A stretch of 64,000 nt of DNA from Parasitella parasitica NRRL 2501 (lineage: Eukaryota > Fungi > Mucoromycota): the NCBI GenBank assembly GCA_025201805.1, contig MU619387.1, positions 1-64,000 of the forward strand, in the 5' to 3' direction. The notes under the pieces are model-generated. The model saw only the letters and a program-made list of their open reading frames with translations. It ran no database searches and was not told where the DNA came from. The first letter of the stretch is position 1. Each line of letters starts with the position of its first letter. The translations under genes and the position numbers were made by a program. Positions 25,905-37,201 of the stretch are shown piece by piece.

Positions 25905-26260
25905 TACGTAACTTTTGATAGAGACATTCCTCAGTGGAAATCAAGTTATGCTCAGATAGCGATGATCATGCCTGTTTTCATCCGCTTTGCATTGCTCTTT
26001 ATCGTAGCCTATCAGCGGTTATATGCAATTTTCGTATGGTTTGCAGAAAAAATTTCTAGATTTCAACAACAATATCATATAAATGTGTTTGCCTGACAGC
26101 CCCAAGTCAATAACATTAAGTTTCCCAACTTAGATTGCGGTTTTACGGCTCTTTTAGCAGAAGTTATGACCAAATGTCTCTTAATGTCTTTAAATTGTGA
26201 AAAAAAAAAAAACGTTTTGCATATACTTTTGATAAATGTGTTGCCCAGTGTAGTCCAAGT
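25905..26260 (+). repeat. Dispersed repeat, module A unit plus a degenerate start of a second unit
   Basis: Colinear with 41245-41610; TTGCTCTTTATCGTAGCCTATCAGC and CAAGTCAA..AAGTTT are shared. Confidence 0.85.
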
Positions 26261-27022
26261 ACTTATATCACATAATCCCTAACTATGCTTGTATTATTAT
26301 TACGGTATTCAGATATATGTCTTGGTCTCAATGATATTTATCACTACGATGTGATGCTTTACTCTTTAGATGATATTATAAGAATTGCACTTCAAAAATG
26401 ATATATTTGTGAATTTCACATTATGTATTTCAACAACAATTTTGGTACTCTGGTTGCCAGGTTGCAAAACTTGCAAACCTGATTAGTATCCCTTCATTGT
26501 GCATAATAAATAAACTATTGCAGTAGGAACCTCATAATGGTTAACAGATTCTTGTACAAAAGTCGCTACTTATCATCACAAGAACCCAGTTTAAACTCGT
26601 TGTTCAGTTTTGTCAAGAAACAGTTACTTATGGGCTACGTCAATCAACTTGAGTTATCTCATGATGTGCTCAGCTTTAGAACACTGAGATATAAAAGGTA
26701 GTAAATCGAGAAAAAAAAGCAACAGTAGTAGACTTTTCATATGCAATCCAAAATAGTACCTAGTGATTGTTGTGAATATTTTAGAAAGAATAAGTGGAAG
26801 CCTTCAAGCTTTTCTTTTTTTATTTAGAGCCAAAAAGATCCTACAAATTTTACGTTGTGCCATTTCCGGGATTATGGGGCGTTACATCAAGAAAATAGGT
26901 GACCTTCTGGTTTTGTCGATTGACAAATTCCTGACATCCAAAATTCAAGTAAAACTGCTGTGCTATAAAATGAGACTTGTTGGGAAAGAAAAAACAAATT
27001 TTTCTTTGTACAAGTTACAGAC

Positions 27023-27859
27023 ATGATGAGCAATCAGTCCGATGAAGAAGAAGAGGACTACATGTCAACAAAATTCTTGGAAAGTGCACAAGAATTTGAA
27101 TCCAAACGTCAAGAATCGTATATTGAAAAACGCAAACGGCAATTACGCGAACAACAGGAAAAAGCGTATATCAAACCTCGCGCACAATTAGAAGCTGAAG
27201 TGAGAGAGAAAGGTCTTAAGAAAGCAATTGAACAAAGCAACAAGGGTATGAAGATGATGATGAAGATGGGATTCAAACAAGGCCAAGGTTTAGGAAATAG
27301 CACAAGCGGCTCTTCTGGCATCGCAGAGCCTATTAAAGTTGATTTAAAACTGGGGCGTACCGGAATTGGCATGGACACAGAAATCCGCAAAAGAGAAAGG
27401 GAACAGGAGGAAGAGGAGAATCGAAAAAGAGTCCATATGGATCCAGAAGAATTCAGAAATCAAATGGCACAAAAAGCAAAGGATGCACAGCTTTTACGAT
27501 ACATCAATGCCGCTGTTTTTATATGTGAAAACGTGGATGAAGAGAATGGAGTCGAATCAAATATATTATGGACATTAAAGCCCCCTCCACCGCCGCCACC
27601 ACCTTCAATAGAACCAGCTGAGGATGGGGCCAAGGAAAACGATCAAGAGGAGGAAGACGAGAAGCCAGAGGAAACAGATCCAAAATACCCACAACAAGAT
27701 GTGGAATCGCTGAAATCATTGCCATTGACCGACCAACTTGCAAAGCTCATTGCTTATCTAAGGGAAACTTACTTCTATTGCTTTTGGTGCCGTGCCAAAT
27801 ACACAGACAAGCAAGATCTCGATGAAAATTGTCCTGGCACAACAGAAGACGATCATTGA
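27023..27859 (+). CDS. G-patch and DUF4187 protein (GPATCH11/CCDC75-like)
   Basis: N-terminal EEEDYMS, G-patch SNKGMKMMMKMGFKQGQGLG..GIG and C-terminal YLRETYFYCFWC..Y..CPG..H. Confidence 0.9.
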   Translation: MMSNQSDEEEEDYMSTKFLESAQEFESKRQESYIEKRKRQLREQQEKAYIKPRAQLEAEVREKGLKKAIEQSNKGMKMMMKMGFKQGQGLGNSTSGSSGIAEPIKVDLKLGRTGIGMDTEIRKREREQEEEENRKRVHMDPEEFRNQMAQKAKDAQLLRYINAAVFICENVDEENGVESNILWTLKPPPPPPPPSIEPAEDGAKENDQEEEDEKPEETDPKYPQQDVESLKSLPLTDQLAKLIAYLRETYFYCFWCRAKYTDKQDLDENCPGTTEDDH

Positions 27860-28037
27860 ATGTCTGATAAAACCTCTAACCGCTTCGTTCCTCCAAAAAC
27901 AACACGCATAAAAGTCATGACGCATATTTAGTTGCTGACGAAATAAACATTCAACATTTAAATACACACATGCCTTAGCATTCGCACATGCATACACCAA
28001 TTCTCTCATACCTTTTCTCTATTCATTCTTTCACACA

Positions 28038-28727
28038 ATGGAAATGGCCTCTCCTCCTTCTACAAAATATCTTCGTGCAAAAGCATTTGTCTTTGATTTA
28101 GATGGCACATTGATTGACACAATTCCACTCGTTGAAAAATTCTGGCACCAATTTGCATTTGAACATGGTTTGGATGGCAACAAGATTATAGCCACTTCGC
28201 ATGGCGTACGCACAATCGAAACGATGGCCAAATGGACACCAGATAAAGCTACGCCAGCGCATGCCGATGATTTTGAAAGAAAATTGGCTGAAAAATCTGA
28301 AGGCGTAACGTTACTGCCGGGTATTTCTACATTGCTACAAAAGATACCTCATGGCAAATGGGGGATTTGTACAGGTGGCAATGAATACATGGCAAGAAAG
28401 AGATTAGAGCAATGTGATATTCTGCCACCCAAGGCGATGGTCTGCGGTGATATGGTAAACCAAGGTAAACCGCACCCTGAATGTTACACTCGTGTCATCC
28501 AAGAACTCGGATTCGAGCCTTCGGAGGTAACCGTCTTTGAAGATGCTTCAGCAGGCGTCAAAGCAGCTGTAGATGCAGGGGCTCAAGTAGTTGCTTGCAC
28601 TACAACACATACAGCGGAGCAACTAAAAGAGGCTGGTGCCCATTATGTTGTCAAGTTATTGACAGAGGTTGATTTCACGAATTTACCTGACGGTTCATTT
28701 GAAGTGGAAATAAAAAATACATTGTAG
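28038..28727 (+). CDS. HAD-superfamily sugar/glycerol phosphatase (GPP/DOG-like)
   Basis: FDLDGTL, SHGVRT, GKPHPE and VFEDASAGVKA. Confidence 0.92.
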   Translation: MEMASPPSTKYLRAKAFVFDLDGTLIDTIPLVEKFWHQFAFEHGLDGNKIIATSHGVRTIETMAKWTPDKATPAHADDFERKLAEKSEGVTLLPGISTLLQKIPHGKWGICTGGNEYMARKRLEQCDILPPKAMVCGDMVNQGKPHPECYTRVIQELGFEPSEVTVFEDASAGVKAAVDAGAQVVACTTTHTAEQLKEAGAHYVVKLLTEVDFTNLPDGSFEVEIKNTL

Positions 28728-28749
28728 AAAAACATTTTATACATAACAA

Positions 28750-30686
28750 TTAGAAATAAAATATAGGGTCCTCCTCTACTTTTTGGAATTCAAATATACC
28801 GCTATAAGATATCTATCGATTGAGAACTCGAGCCGCATATATACGTGTCTATGTATTAAACTTACCCTACACACTCATCCGTATTTGCAATGAACAATGA
28901 GTGATCTTCGGGAGTAAAAGCTACTCAGGCACAATTGTAAATAATGGCTAAATCATTCAAAAAAAATAAAAATAAAAATAAAAAAACTTACAAACACCTG
29001 CAATATCGCCAAACATATCGATAACTTGACTCGAATTGTATGTTTGCGTCTCATATATATGTACAAAGTCGATGGGTTCTACATGCATAGGTTTAAATTC
29101 CATGCTCTTTCATGTACCAATACGGGCATTACCTGCAGCTGCTAAATACTGTCCATCATTCGAATAATGCAGTGATCTGATGGCACCTACACTAGATCCT
29201 AGCACATGCAGAGCTTTTGAAGCATTGCGGATATCATAAACTCTTCTTTGAGTGAATACGACTATTTGCATATACACAGGTATTTATATATCTCTATTTA
29301 CCTTGTCGTTCTATCTTGGTTTCCGGTAGCAAATGTCCTGCCGTCAGGATTCCAACAGCAAGCAAATGAAAAATCAAAATGCTCGTCTATTGTTACAATA
29401 GCTAACATGATATGTGAATACAAAAACTGTGCATGTTTTGTACATAGCAAAGGTGGCACTTACATTCTCCATTATTTGCATCAACTAAATGCGTTTCAGT
29501 AGAGTCGCCTACGAGGCATAGCATATTTTGGTCTGGAGAGGTGGCAGAGCACTAGAATAGCGTTAATGCATCTGCTGTTCACACATGATGGTAATATTAC
29601 ATTGACTGCAAATGGCATTGACAACGTTTGCTGAATCTGGGTAGTTCCCAAATTGATGTATTTAACCGAGGAATTGTTGTTGGATACAATGCCTAATGTC
29701 ACGCCTTGTTTGTCTTGTATGATTTCAGCATAGTTTGTGATCCCTGGTGGTGTGCTCGCATTTGATAGGTATTGAATTGGCGAATCTGAATCCAGTGATT
29801 TCCATGCATATTCACCTTGAAATCCACCCACAAACAGTAGCTGATGTCCACATGTTATGCTGGTTATTTTACATAAGAGACTACCTGGCATATTTGCAAC
29901 TGATAGGTCCATGACTTGAGAGCTTTTTTGTCGTTGAGGCGACCATTGTCGAACCGTATCCCCCCCTAAAACGAGCAAATCATTAATTTCTGTAGAGTCC
30001 CATCATGCGAAACAACGTACAAATGTAGTACACATTGTTTTTATTTGTAGACCATACTAGATTTCGTAATTGAAAATGACCAATGCTGCATGGCTCGCTG
30101 ATTTTCGATGATTTGAATGTGTAATACTCTTCGTTCTTCGTAACTGGTTTTGTTTGTTGCGACTGTATTTGCTCTTCAAGTGTGTCGTCCTCATCATCAC
30201 CTTTGCAGCTCAAGTAAGTTTCATATTCTCTGACCCGCTGATTCCTATATTCATCTCTTGTCATAGTTTCTTTGAACCAATCGATTCCTTGCTGTACAAA
30301 TACGTTAATGCGTTCACACGGCATTTTTCTATCCAACATCCGAAACGTACCATATCGATTCCTCTAATGCACATATCCTCAGTGATGACATTATCCTGTT
30401 ATACCTCATTAGTGCGAGAATAACGTTAGGAAAGATTTAGTTGTCTTACTGTAAATATCGGTTTATCCTGGGCTTCGTCGCTGTATTTTGTTAAATGTGG
30501 CAAACTTATAAAAGTTGGGGTATCGGCCATGCTGATGGAAGATGCAGAAGCTAAAGAAGGATTTAATAATAGTTTAACCAAGGCGACGGTGCGATTCCAT
30601 GCCAATGCAATTCCCTCACCTTCTTCCGTATAGTCCTGCGGGTAATAAGAAAAATCGTCCATTGGTTCATGCCGTAGGGCCAACAT
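28750..30686 (-). CDS. DUF2415-type WD40-repeat protein, multi-exon
   Basis: QGIDW, SIGHFQLRNLVW and VGGFQGEY; last exons splice to GDIAGVSFTPEDHSLFIA..GIFEF and stop at 28750. Start codon uncertain. Confidence 0.75.
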
Positions 30687-30909
30687 TTTTTTCAAGACAA
30701 TAACAAGTAAAAGAAGTGAAAGAAAAGAAGAGCAAGTTAATCTCCTTTTTATCATATTTGATCTTGGCCACCACAGTAGTAACCGGAACCTGCCCCTTTC
30801 AACTTGATCTAGTTGTTTTAATTACATGACGTCAAAATAGTCTGTTTTACGTTTATGTATAAGTAGAAAAACAAAAAACAATGGATCATGATAACAATAG
30901 AATATTTAT

Positions 30910-33225
30910 TTAATTACTTTGTGCTGTTAAAACAATTAGGATCAAAATAGAACATATACAAAAGAAATCGACAATTACTTACCTAATATCAAAGCCTTCT
31001 CAGCAAAGAATCGGACATCGACATCAGAATCCTTGCTTAGTTTATCAAGGACTTCAATAACTTCTTTGGAGACTTCCGCAGTGGAACTCTGCTTCAAAAT
31101 AGGTACCAACACTTCCAGTGATTTAGCAACGTTGAATCTGACATTTGGAATGGGATCGTTTACAAGCTCGATGACAGTAGGAAGCACTTTCTCTTGTATG
31201 ATTTCGGGTGTGAGGGAAACTGCCATTGTTGACAGTGTAAAAAGTGTAGTCATTCTATACAGATAATTTTCATTATGTGCCATATCAATAACTTGAGGTA
31301 AAACTGTGTTTTTAGCCCACTCGTATCCAAATATCTCGACGAGCTTCTTGAGGTTCGTTGTTGCTGCGTCCCTGATCGAAAATACGGCATCAGCCAACCA
31401 TGATAAACATAACCCGAGTAGCTTCTCATCAAAGAATCCAACACCCAACTGTGATGCTAGTAAGGGAATGTATTCTATAATTGCTAATCTGACTCTCCAT
31501 TGTTTATCTTCGGCCAACTCGACAATAGCAGGTAGAAGGGATTGAGAGAGACGCTCTACGCCAATGACTGCACGAATAAGGATAATAATTGGAGTTAGGT
31601 TTACGATATATCTCGAGCGTTAGATTCCTCACCTTGATTGACATTTTCAAGTTTGGATATAATATTAAGTCGAACGTCAGGGAAATCGTCTTTGAGTAGT
31701 TGGAGAAATAGGGGTAAAAGGTATTCGATAGTTCTATATGATATCAATGAGTTTGCTTAAATCATCATCTTTGAGAGAATCCACTTACAAATCCTTGCCT
31801 AGTATAGGCGCGAATCCACTAATGTTTGTAGCTACAGCAGCACGAACATGTTGATTTGTATCAATAACGAGGTCTTTTATACATGGAAGGATTTTATCAA
31901 TGACAACTTGCTGATCAATCAACTTTGAATAACCTACACAACAGCTTTCAGTACTTGGACCTCTGGCATGAAATGAAATAAAGCTTACGTGGTGCTTGTC
32001 CGATAGACAGTATCTTGACTTCGCCTTCGCTATCTTTGATGAGTCCAACAAACAATGTAACCATTTCTTCGCGTGTAATAGATTCTCCCAAAGCTTCGCA
32101 GAGATCATTAAAATGCGTTGCTACCATGTATCTAACTCTCCACGATCTATCTTGACCCAAAGATCGAAGTGTACTTAACAAATATTGCCGACATTCATCA
32201 GGAGTAAACATCTTTGCAATCTGAACCAAGTCTTCTACAGTTAATAATCGAACTGTGTCCTGATCGTCATTCGTAAGTCGAAGGAATAATGGCAAAATAT
32301 GGTTAATTAATTGCTGTTGAGTCAATTCCTTGGAGAATTCCTGGCAAAAACCGGCACAGGTGGCCGTTAGTAACTATGGTTACTCTATGCAATTTAAAGT
32401 GTACTTACAGCAAGGGCCTTGGCAGCTGCTCTCTTTACCATAGGCGTATCATCTTGAATGAGTTGAGCAAATGCGGCTCTCAAATCATTTTGCTGTTCAG
32501 TCGTGCATTTCGAGTAACCAACAGCATAGAGGCCACAAGCAGAAATACGACCCGTAAACCAATCAGCAGTTGTTAAACGCTTTAACAAAGGCAAGAAATA
32601 CTGCGTGATATGAGTAGGACTCAGCAGCTTGACAATCTTATTCATAGACTCCACAGCTTTATCTCTGACGAGAACTTCCTCTACAGTAGCCAAATGTTCC
32701 AAAGGTTCTAACAAACAGTGGGCGAATTCAGGGCCACCAACATGCTCAGAGAAATTGGCGAGCTCTTCGGCAACAGCCAACAGTACTTCGTCCTCATCGT
32801 CAATACCCTCTAGAACAAACAAATTAAGACATTTTCTGAGATGAGGCAAGTTTATACTGACCATTCAGAAAAGGTATCAACTCTTCTCGTGTCCTTTGTG
32901 GGCCCAAAGCCATAGCAATAGTGCCCAAATTACGAATAGCATTCAAGCGTAGTTGGACATCTTCGTTTTTAAGCTCGTCAACCAACACAGCAATAGGATA
33001 CAGCTCTTGCTCTTCGCTCACTTTTGAAATCGGTTCAGCACCGAGATTATTACTGCTGTTGTCAATATTGCTTGTGGTGCTGGATGGCGCTTCTGCTGCA
33101 GATGACGTAGGAGTATCGCTAGGAGCAACCGTGATGTCCATAGCAGACAGCTCGCTGCTTGCATTCGTGTTATCTGATGCCGCTTCATGTGTACGAACAT
33201 CTGCTGTGGTGGGTTCTACTTCCAT
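30910..33225 (-). CDS. TPD3: PP2A scaffold (A) subunit with HEAT repeats; tiny terminal exon 30910-30923
   Basis: [64 protein letters not shown] and DVDVRFFA. Confidence 0.95.
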
Positions 33226-33518
33226 TTTTATTAAGCTGAGAGATAACAAAAGAGAGATAGAAAAAAGATATATGAACAAACAAAGTGCTGGTGCACCTCG
33301 CGCCTTGGAGAAAAAAAGATAGATTGGGTCACTCAAACAAATTTAAGGAGAGAGGCTAAAGCGAGCCAATCACTACAGATATATGTTAAAGTTAAGAGAG
33401 CTCCTGTATGATGAGGGGATCATTATAAGATGACAACAAAATTTGTGTAATTGTCCTCAACATCGTATAAATGGTGCGCACAATCCAAGTAGGTTGAGAA
33501 AATTCGTCAAAAACTCCA

Positions 33519-34124
33519 ATGCTTTCCATCAAAAAGATCTCTCTCATACTCATCATCGTATTGTCTGGTGTCTCAAAAGCATACATCGTTCCCGATGACT
33601 CTAACTCTGTCTCGGCAAGCAGCTGGCCACGTCAAGGATGCGCTCGCGTAAAAGACATCGAGTCGGTGGAACATAGTTCACACTTTGTTTTCAAGCAGCA
33701 TTCGCTCTTGGATGACCCAACAGAGTGTTATGCATATGGCATTGCCAAAGACTCGTCTCCCAGATGTGTGTTGTATATGCTTGAACATCTTTGTTCGTTT
33801 GGGAATAGTCCGGCTTGGATTTCAAAATGCCACTATGCATACTATTCAGGTATCTTCAGTAATTATACTTTCTTTCACACATCCACTGATCACAAATGTA
33901 TATATATGAATTTTGCCCATTCAGAATCAATCGATGTAAACCCTACTGAAAAGTCTCAGAGAGAGCCCACAATTCAAGAAAAAAACTTTATAGACCCTGT
34001 ATTTTTTTTAGCAAAGAATCTTTCAGAACAGAGCAATGCTTGTATCAATGAAAGTAAAGCCAACGCTGCTCTGTTATCATGCACATGTGCCAATATGTAT
34101 GTCCATCTTGATGTAACCATGTAA
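33519..34124 (+). CDS. Putative secreted Cys-rich hypothetical protein
   Basis: 201-aa ORF with a signal-peptide-like N-terminus (..VLSGVSKA|YIV) and about 9 Cys; may hide an intron. Confidence 0.55.
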   Translation: MLSIKKISLILIIVLSGVSKAYIVPDDSNSVSASSWPRQGCARVKDIESVEHSSHFVFKQHSLLDDPTECYAYGIAKDSSPRCVLYMLEHLCSFGNSPAWISKCHYAYYSGIFSNYTFFHTSTDHKCIYMNFAHSESIDVNPTEKSQREPTIQEKNFIDPVFFLAKNLSEQSNACINESKANAALLSCTCANMYVHLDVTM

Positions 34125-34622
34125 AAAAATTCATTAAAATTATATTACTCGTCTTTAAACAAATGTCTTTATCCCGTTTCTCAACAGCCTATATTCTGCA
34201 TTTCATGCTTCCATTCTCTTCTTCTACGAGAAGACATCCAAGAGTGAATATGATAACACATATTACTAGAATCATCTAGAACCTCATAATTTAACTTTCG
34301 TGGTTCAATTTGGTGCTTCATGGTTTCAGCCTACTTGCGACGTCTGTGAATGGAGCCCCTCTAATGTACTATACGTCAATCGTTTTATTCTTTATGTTTC
34401 TTCGAGTTGCCAAAAGCGCAAGATGTTTCATTAGGCGCCATTAGGAATTAGAGGTACTGTATGCATTATTCCATTGAGTTTCAACATCAAAGATGTTTGT
34501 TGCGGTTTGTATTAGAGGGTAGAAATAATAAAACAAACCATGATTCAGTAACATGTTTTATTAAATAGTGTTTGCTGAAGGCAATGCAATTGTATTGTAC
34601 ATGGAATATTTTACCCAATCTT

Positions 34623-34920
34623 TCAATGTCTCCTGTTTTCGCTATTGTTATTCTTTATAAAATAAGACGTATGGTTGAGATAAGCTACACTCATATCAAA
34701 AACCCATTCACCAAAGCCGAGGTACTGATCAACATAGCCCCGAATCGTACTACTTTCGATCTTTGAAGTCGCTGGTCTTTTCATAATAATGAAAATTAGT
34801 ATTTTCGTTTAAAATGATAAAATACCCTATACACTACTGTAGTCCTGTTGATCGTTTAATACCAGCCAGCACTGTTGTAATCAAAATAGCGTCGAATGTA
34901 TAATGGAGTAACTTGCTCAT
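34623..34920 (-). CDS. DUF1748 fungal microprotein (~78 aa), not in the ORF track; intron 34777-34837
   Basis: MSKLLHYTFDAILITTVLAGIKRSTGLQ|PATSKIESSTIRGYVDQYLGFGEWVFDMSVAY matches the DUF1748 pattern (H..FD..L....LAG.KR.TG, YL..GE..FD). Confidence 0.8.
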
Positions 34921-35622
34921 AGTTCTTTGGTATCAGTAGAGAAGTAAAACGAGGAGGAAAAAAGTCGAAGAGAAAAAAAAAGCTTGGTCCTGTATCACGT
35001 TTTCGTTTTATACGCAGCAGCAGTGCCCATTGACAGTTGATTTAGTTCTTGTCCTTTGAGGTGCCATAAATGCTCGTCCTACATATAACAAAGGAAAAGA
35101 ATGTTGTAGAATGGCATGTTATAAAACAACCAGCAATCAAATAAGGCTGCTAACATGTTCACCAATGTGTTAAAGAATATCTCCAGAGAAGACCTTGAGC
35201 TGTGAATCGACCTTAGATCGTGATTAAATGATGCCGAGTTTTATACACATAACTTGTTGCTGTTCTCTAGCACACGCAGTTCCTGTGTCATACATGCATA
35301 TCATGGAGTTAAACCCATCTCAAACATGAGCGGTGCTGATTGACGATTTGAATTCAAAAAGGGAATTGTGCCTAAACATTACAAGCCTAGGTATCTTTCG
35401 ATTCTAAGCTTATATTTAACACATTTTCTAAACGTATGCATTCCTTTGCATGTTGTATAATCGTTGAACAGCTTCAATAGATTATGGTTACTGATCTGAA
35501 CTGCACGTCACGAGCATAGTGAGGCTATGTTTGAAATGGGAAGCTTATTTCTCAGCTTCTTGAACCACCCCCATGCCTTCATAATCAAGTTGTTTTCGAC
35601 CCGACATTTTTAACTACTAGAA

Positions 35623-36395
35623 ATGGACAAGAACGCACGGATTACAGCGCCTCCCACACCTCATGTAGACATATCTTCACCGCCAACTTTACCCACACCG
35701 TTGCCGCATTCACACTTGACAGAACAAGAATACACATTCTCAAATGTACCTTTTGACAACATTACAAATTATGATCAGCACGAGCAGTACGAAGAATCTG
35801 CTATTCTTCGTGCAGGTTTAGCCACCAAACCTCGCCTTGTGTTAATGACATCCATTGGATCTTTCTGGGGATTTAGCATTGGGGCATTTATAGGAGGTAA
35901 ACAATCCGGCTTGCAATATCTAGCAGAGAACGCACATAAACTACCCACTACTGTCCAGGGCTGGTATTTTTATCACAAAACAAAAAACTACAGAATGATG
36001 CTGGGCGGCGTGAAACGAGGCGTGCGATTTGCTGGTAAAACCGGTGGGCTATGTCTGTTGTATGGATCATTGGAAGCAGCATTGGATGATATGCGAGGAG
36101 AAGCAGATGTGATGAATTCGATCGCTGCTGGTGTGACTACAGGCACTGTATTTTCAGCATTAAGTAAGTTGCTAGCATGGAACTGGTCGATCTTGGTGCT
36201 AATTGCTTTTGTCTAATAGCGAGATTAACAAGGGGATCTTTCAGATATTCAGTAGTGTTTGGCGCCATTTTTGGATTAGCAGCAGGTGGTCTTTCCGATT
36301 TACATCGATTTGCATCAGGAAATCCACCCTCTTACATCCTGAAATTAACACAGCTGATTGATGGCAAGAAGGAATTAGACAAAAAGGTTGAATAA
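35623..36395 (+). CDS. Tim17/Tim22/Tim23-family mitochondrial membrane protein; intron ~36164-36218
   Basis: Gly-rich TM helices, YLAENAHKLPTTVQGWYFYHKTKNY and D..NS.AAG..TG. Confidence 0.8.
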
Positions 36396-36708
36396 AATGT
36401 ATGTTGCTTATAGATCCTGCCTCGTTCTCAAGCATCCAAGAGCATATGATAAGTCTTTGGCAATCAATTTCTGGCAGTGTGTAACACGTCCGTTGTTGCC
36501 GAGATAGCATATGATATAATGGTGATGTGCTGTACATACAACCGTTTCGGTCATACCTTTTATTTTGGGCGTAAATCATGCCTTGACTTGGGTGTCTCAC
36601 AAAACCCTAAATAAGAAATGCCGTTTTAAAAAGTGATGCATGTAAAAAAAAGTGCGAAACAAATCGTCCTCGGCTATTCTCTTTTCTTCTTTAACATTTG
36701 CAAAAAAA

Positions 36709-37165
36709 ATGGCAGGAGTAGATCATCAAAAGCCTATTATTGCCAATACAGACAAATTTCAGCACTTGTTTCCTCCAGCAGTAGAAAACTCTACTGGCGC
36801 AACTCCTGCTGCTGACACAGATGAAACCCCCACTTCAAACGCGCCCGCTCCACAGGCCGCTCCTATCCCTACAAAGTCCAAGTCAACAGATTCTTTGAAT
36901 TCCAACGGCTCATCCATTGTATCCTGTAACGCTGGTATTGACTACGTTATTGTCTTTCGCTTCCCTGTCCAATTATCCAAGAAGGATAAGGCATTGACAT
37001 CAAGAGCTCAATTGGAGACTAAAGTGGCTTCCTCTTTGACTAGCATCACCAATCGTTTGGCAAAAGTCAACCTGCGTTTCCAAGTTCGTCCTGGCAAAGA
37101 AAACGGAACACTTTTAATATTAGTTAGCAGCCCTGTAGGCCCTATAAAAAAAGAATACAGACAGG

Positions 37166-37201
<36 letters not shown>

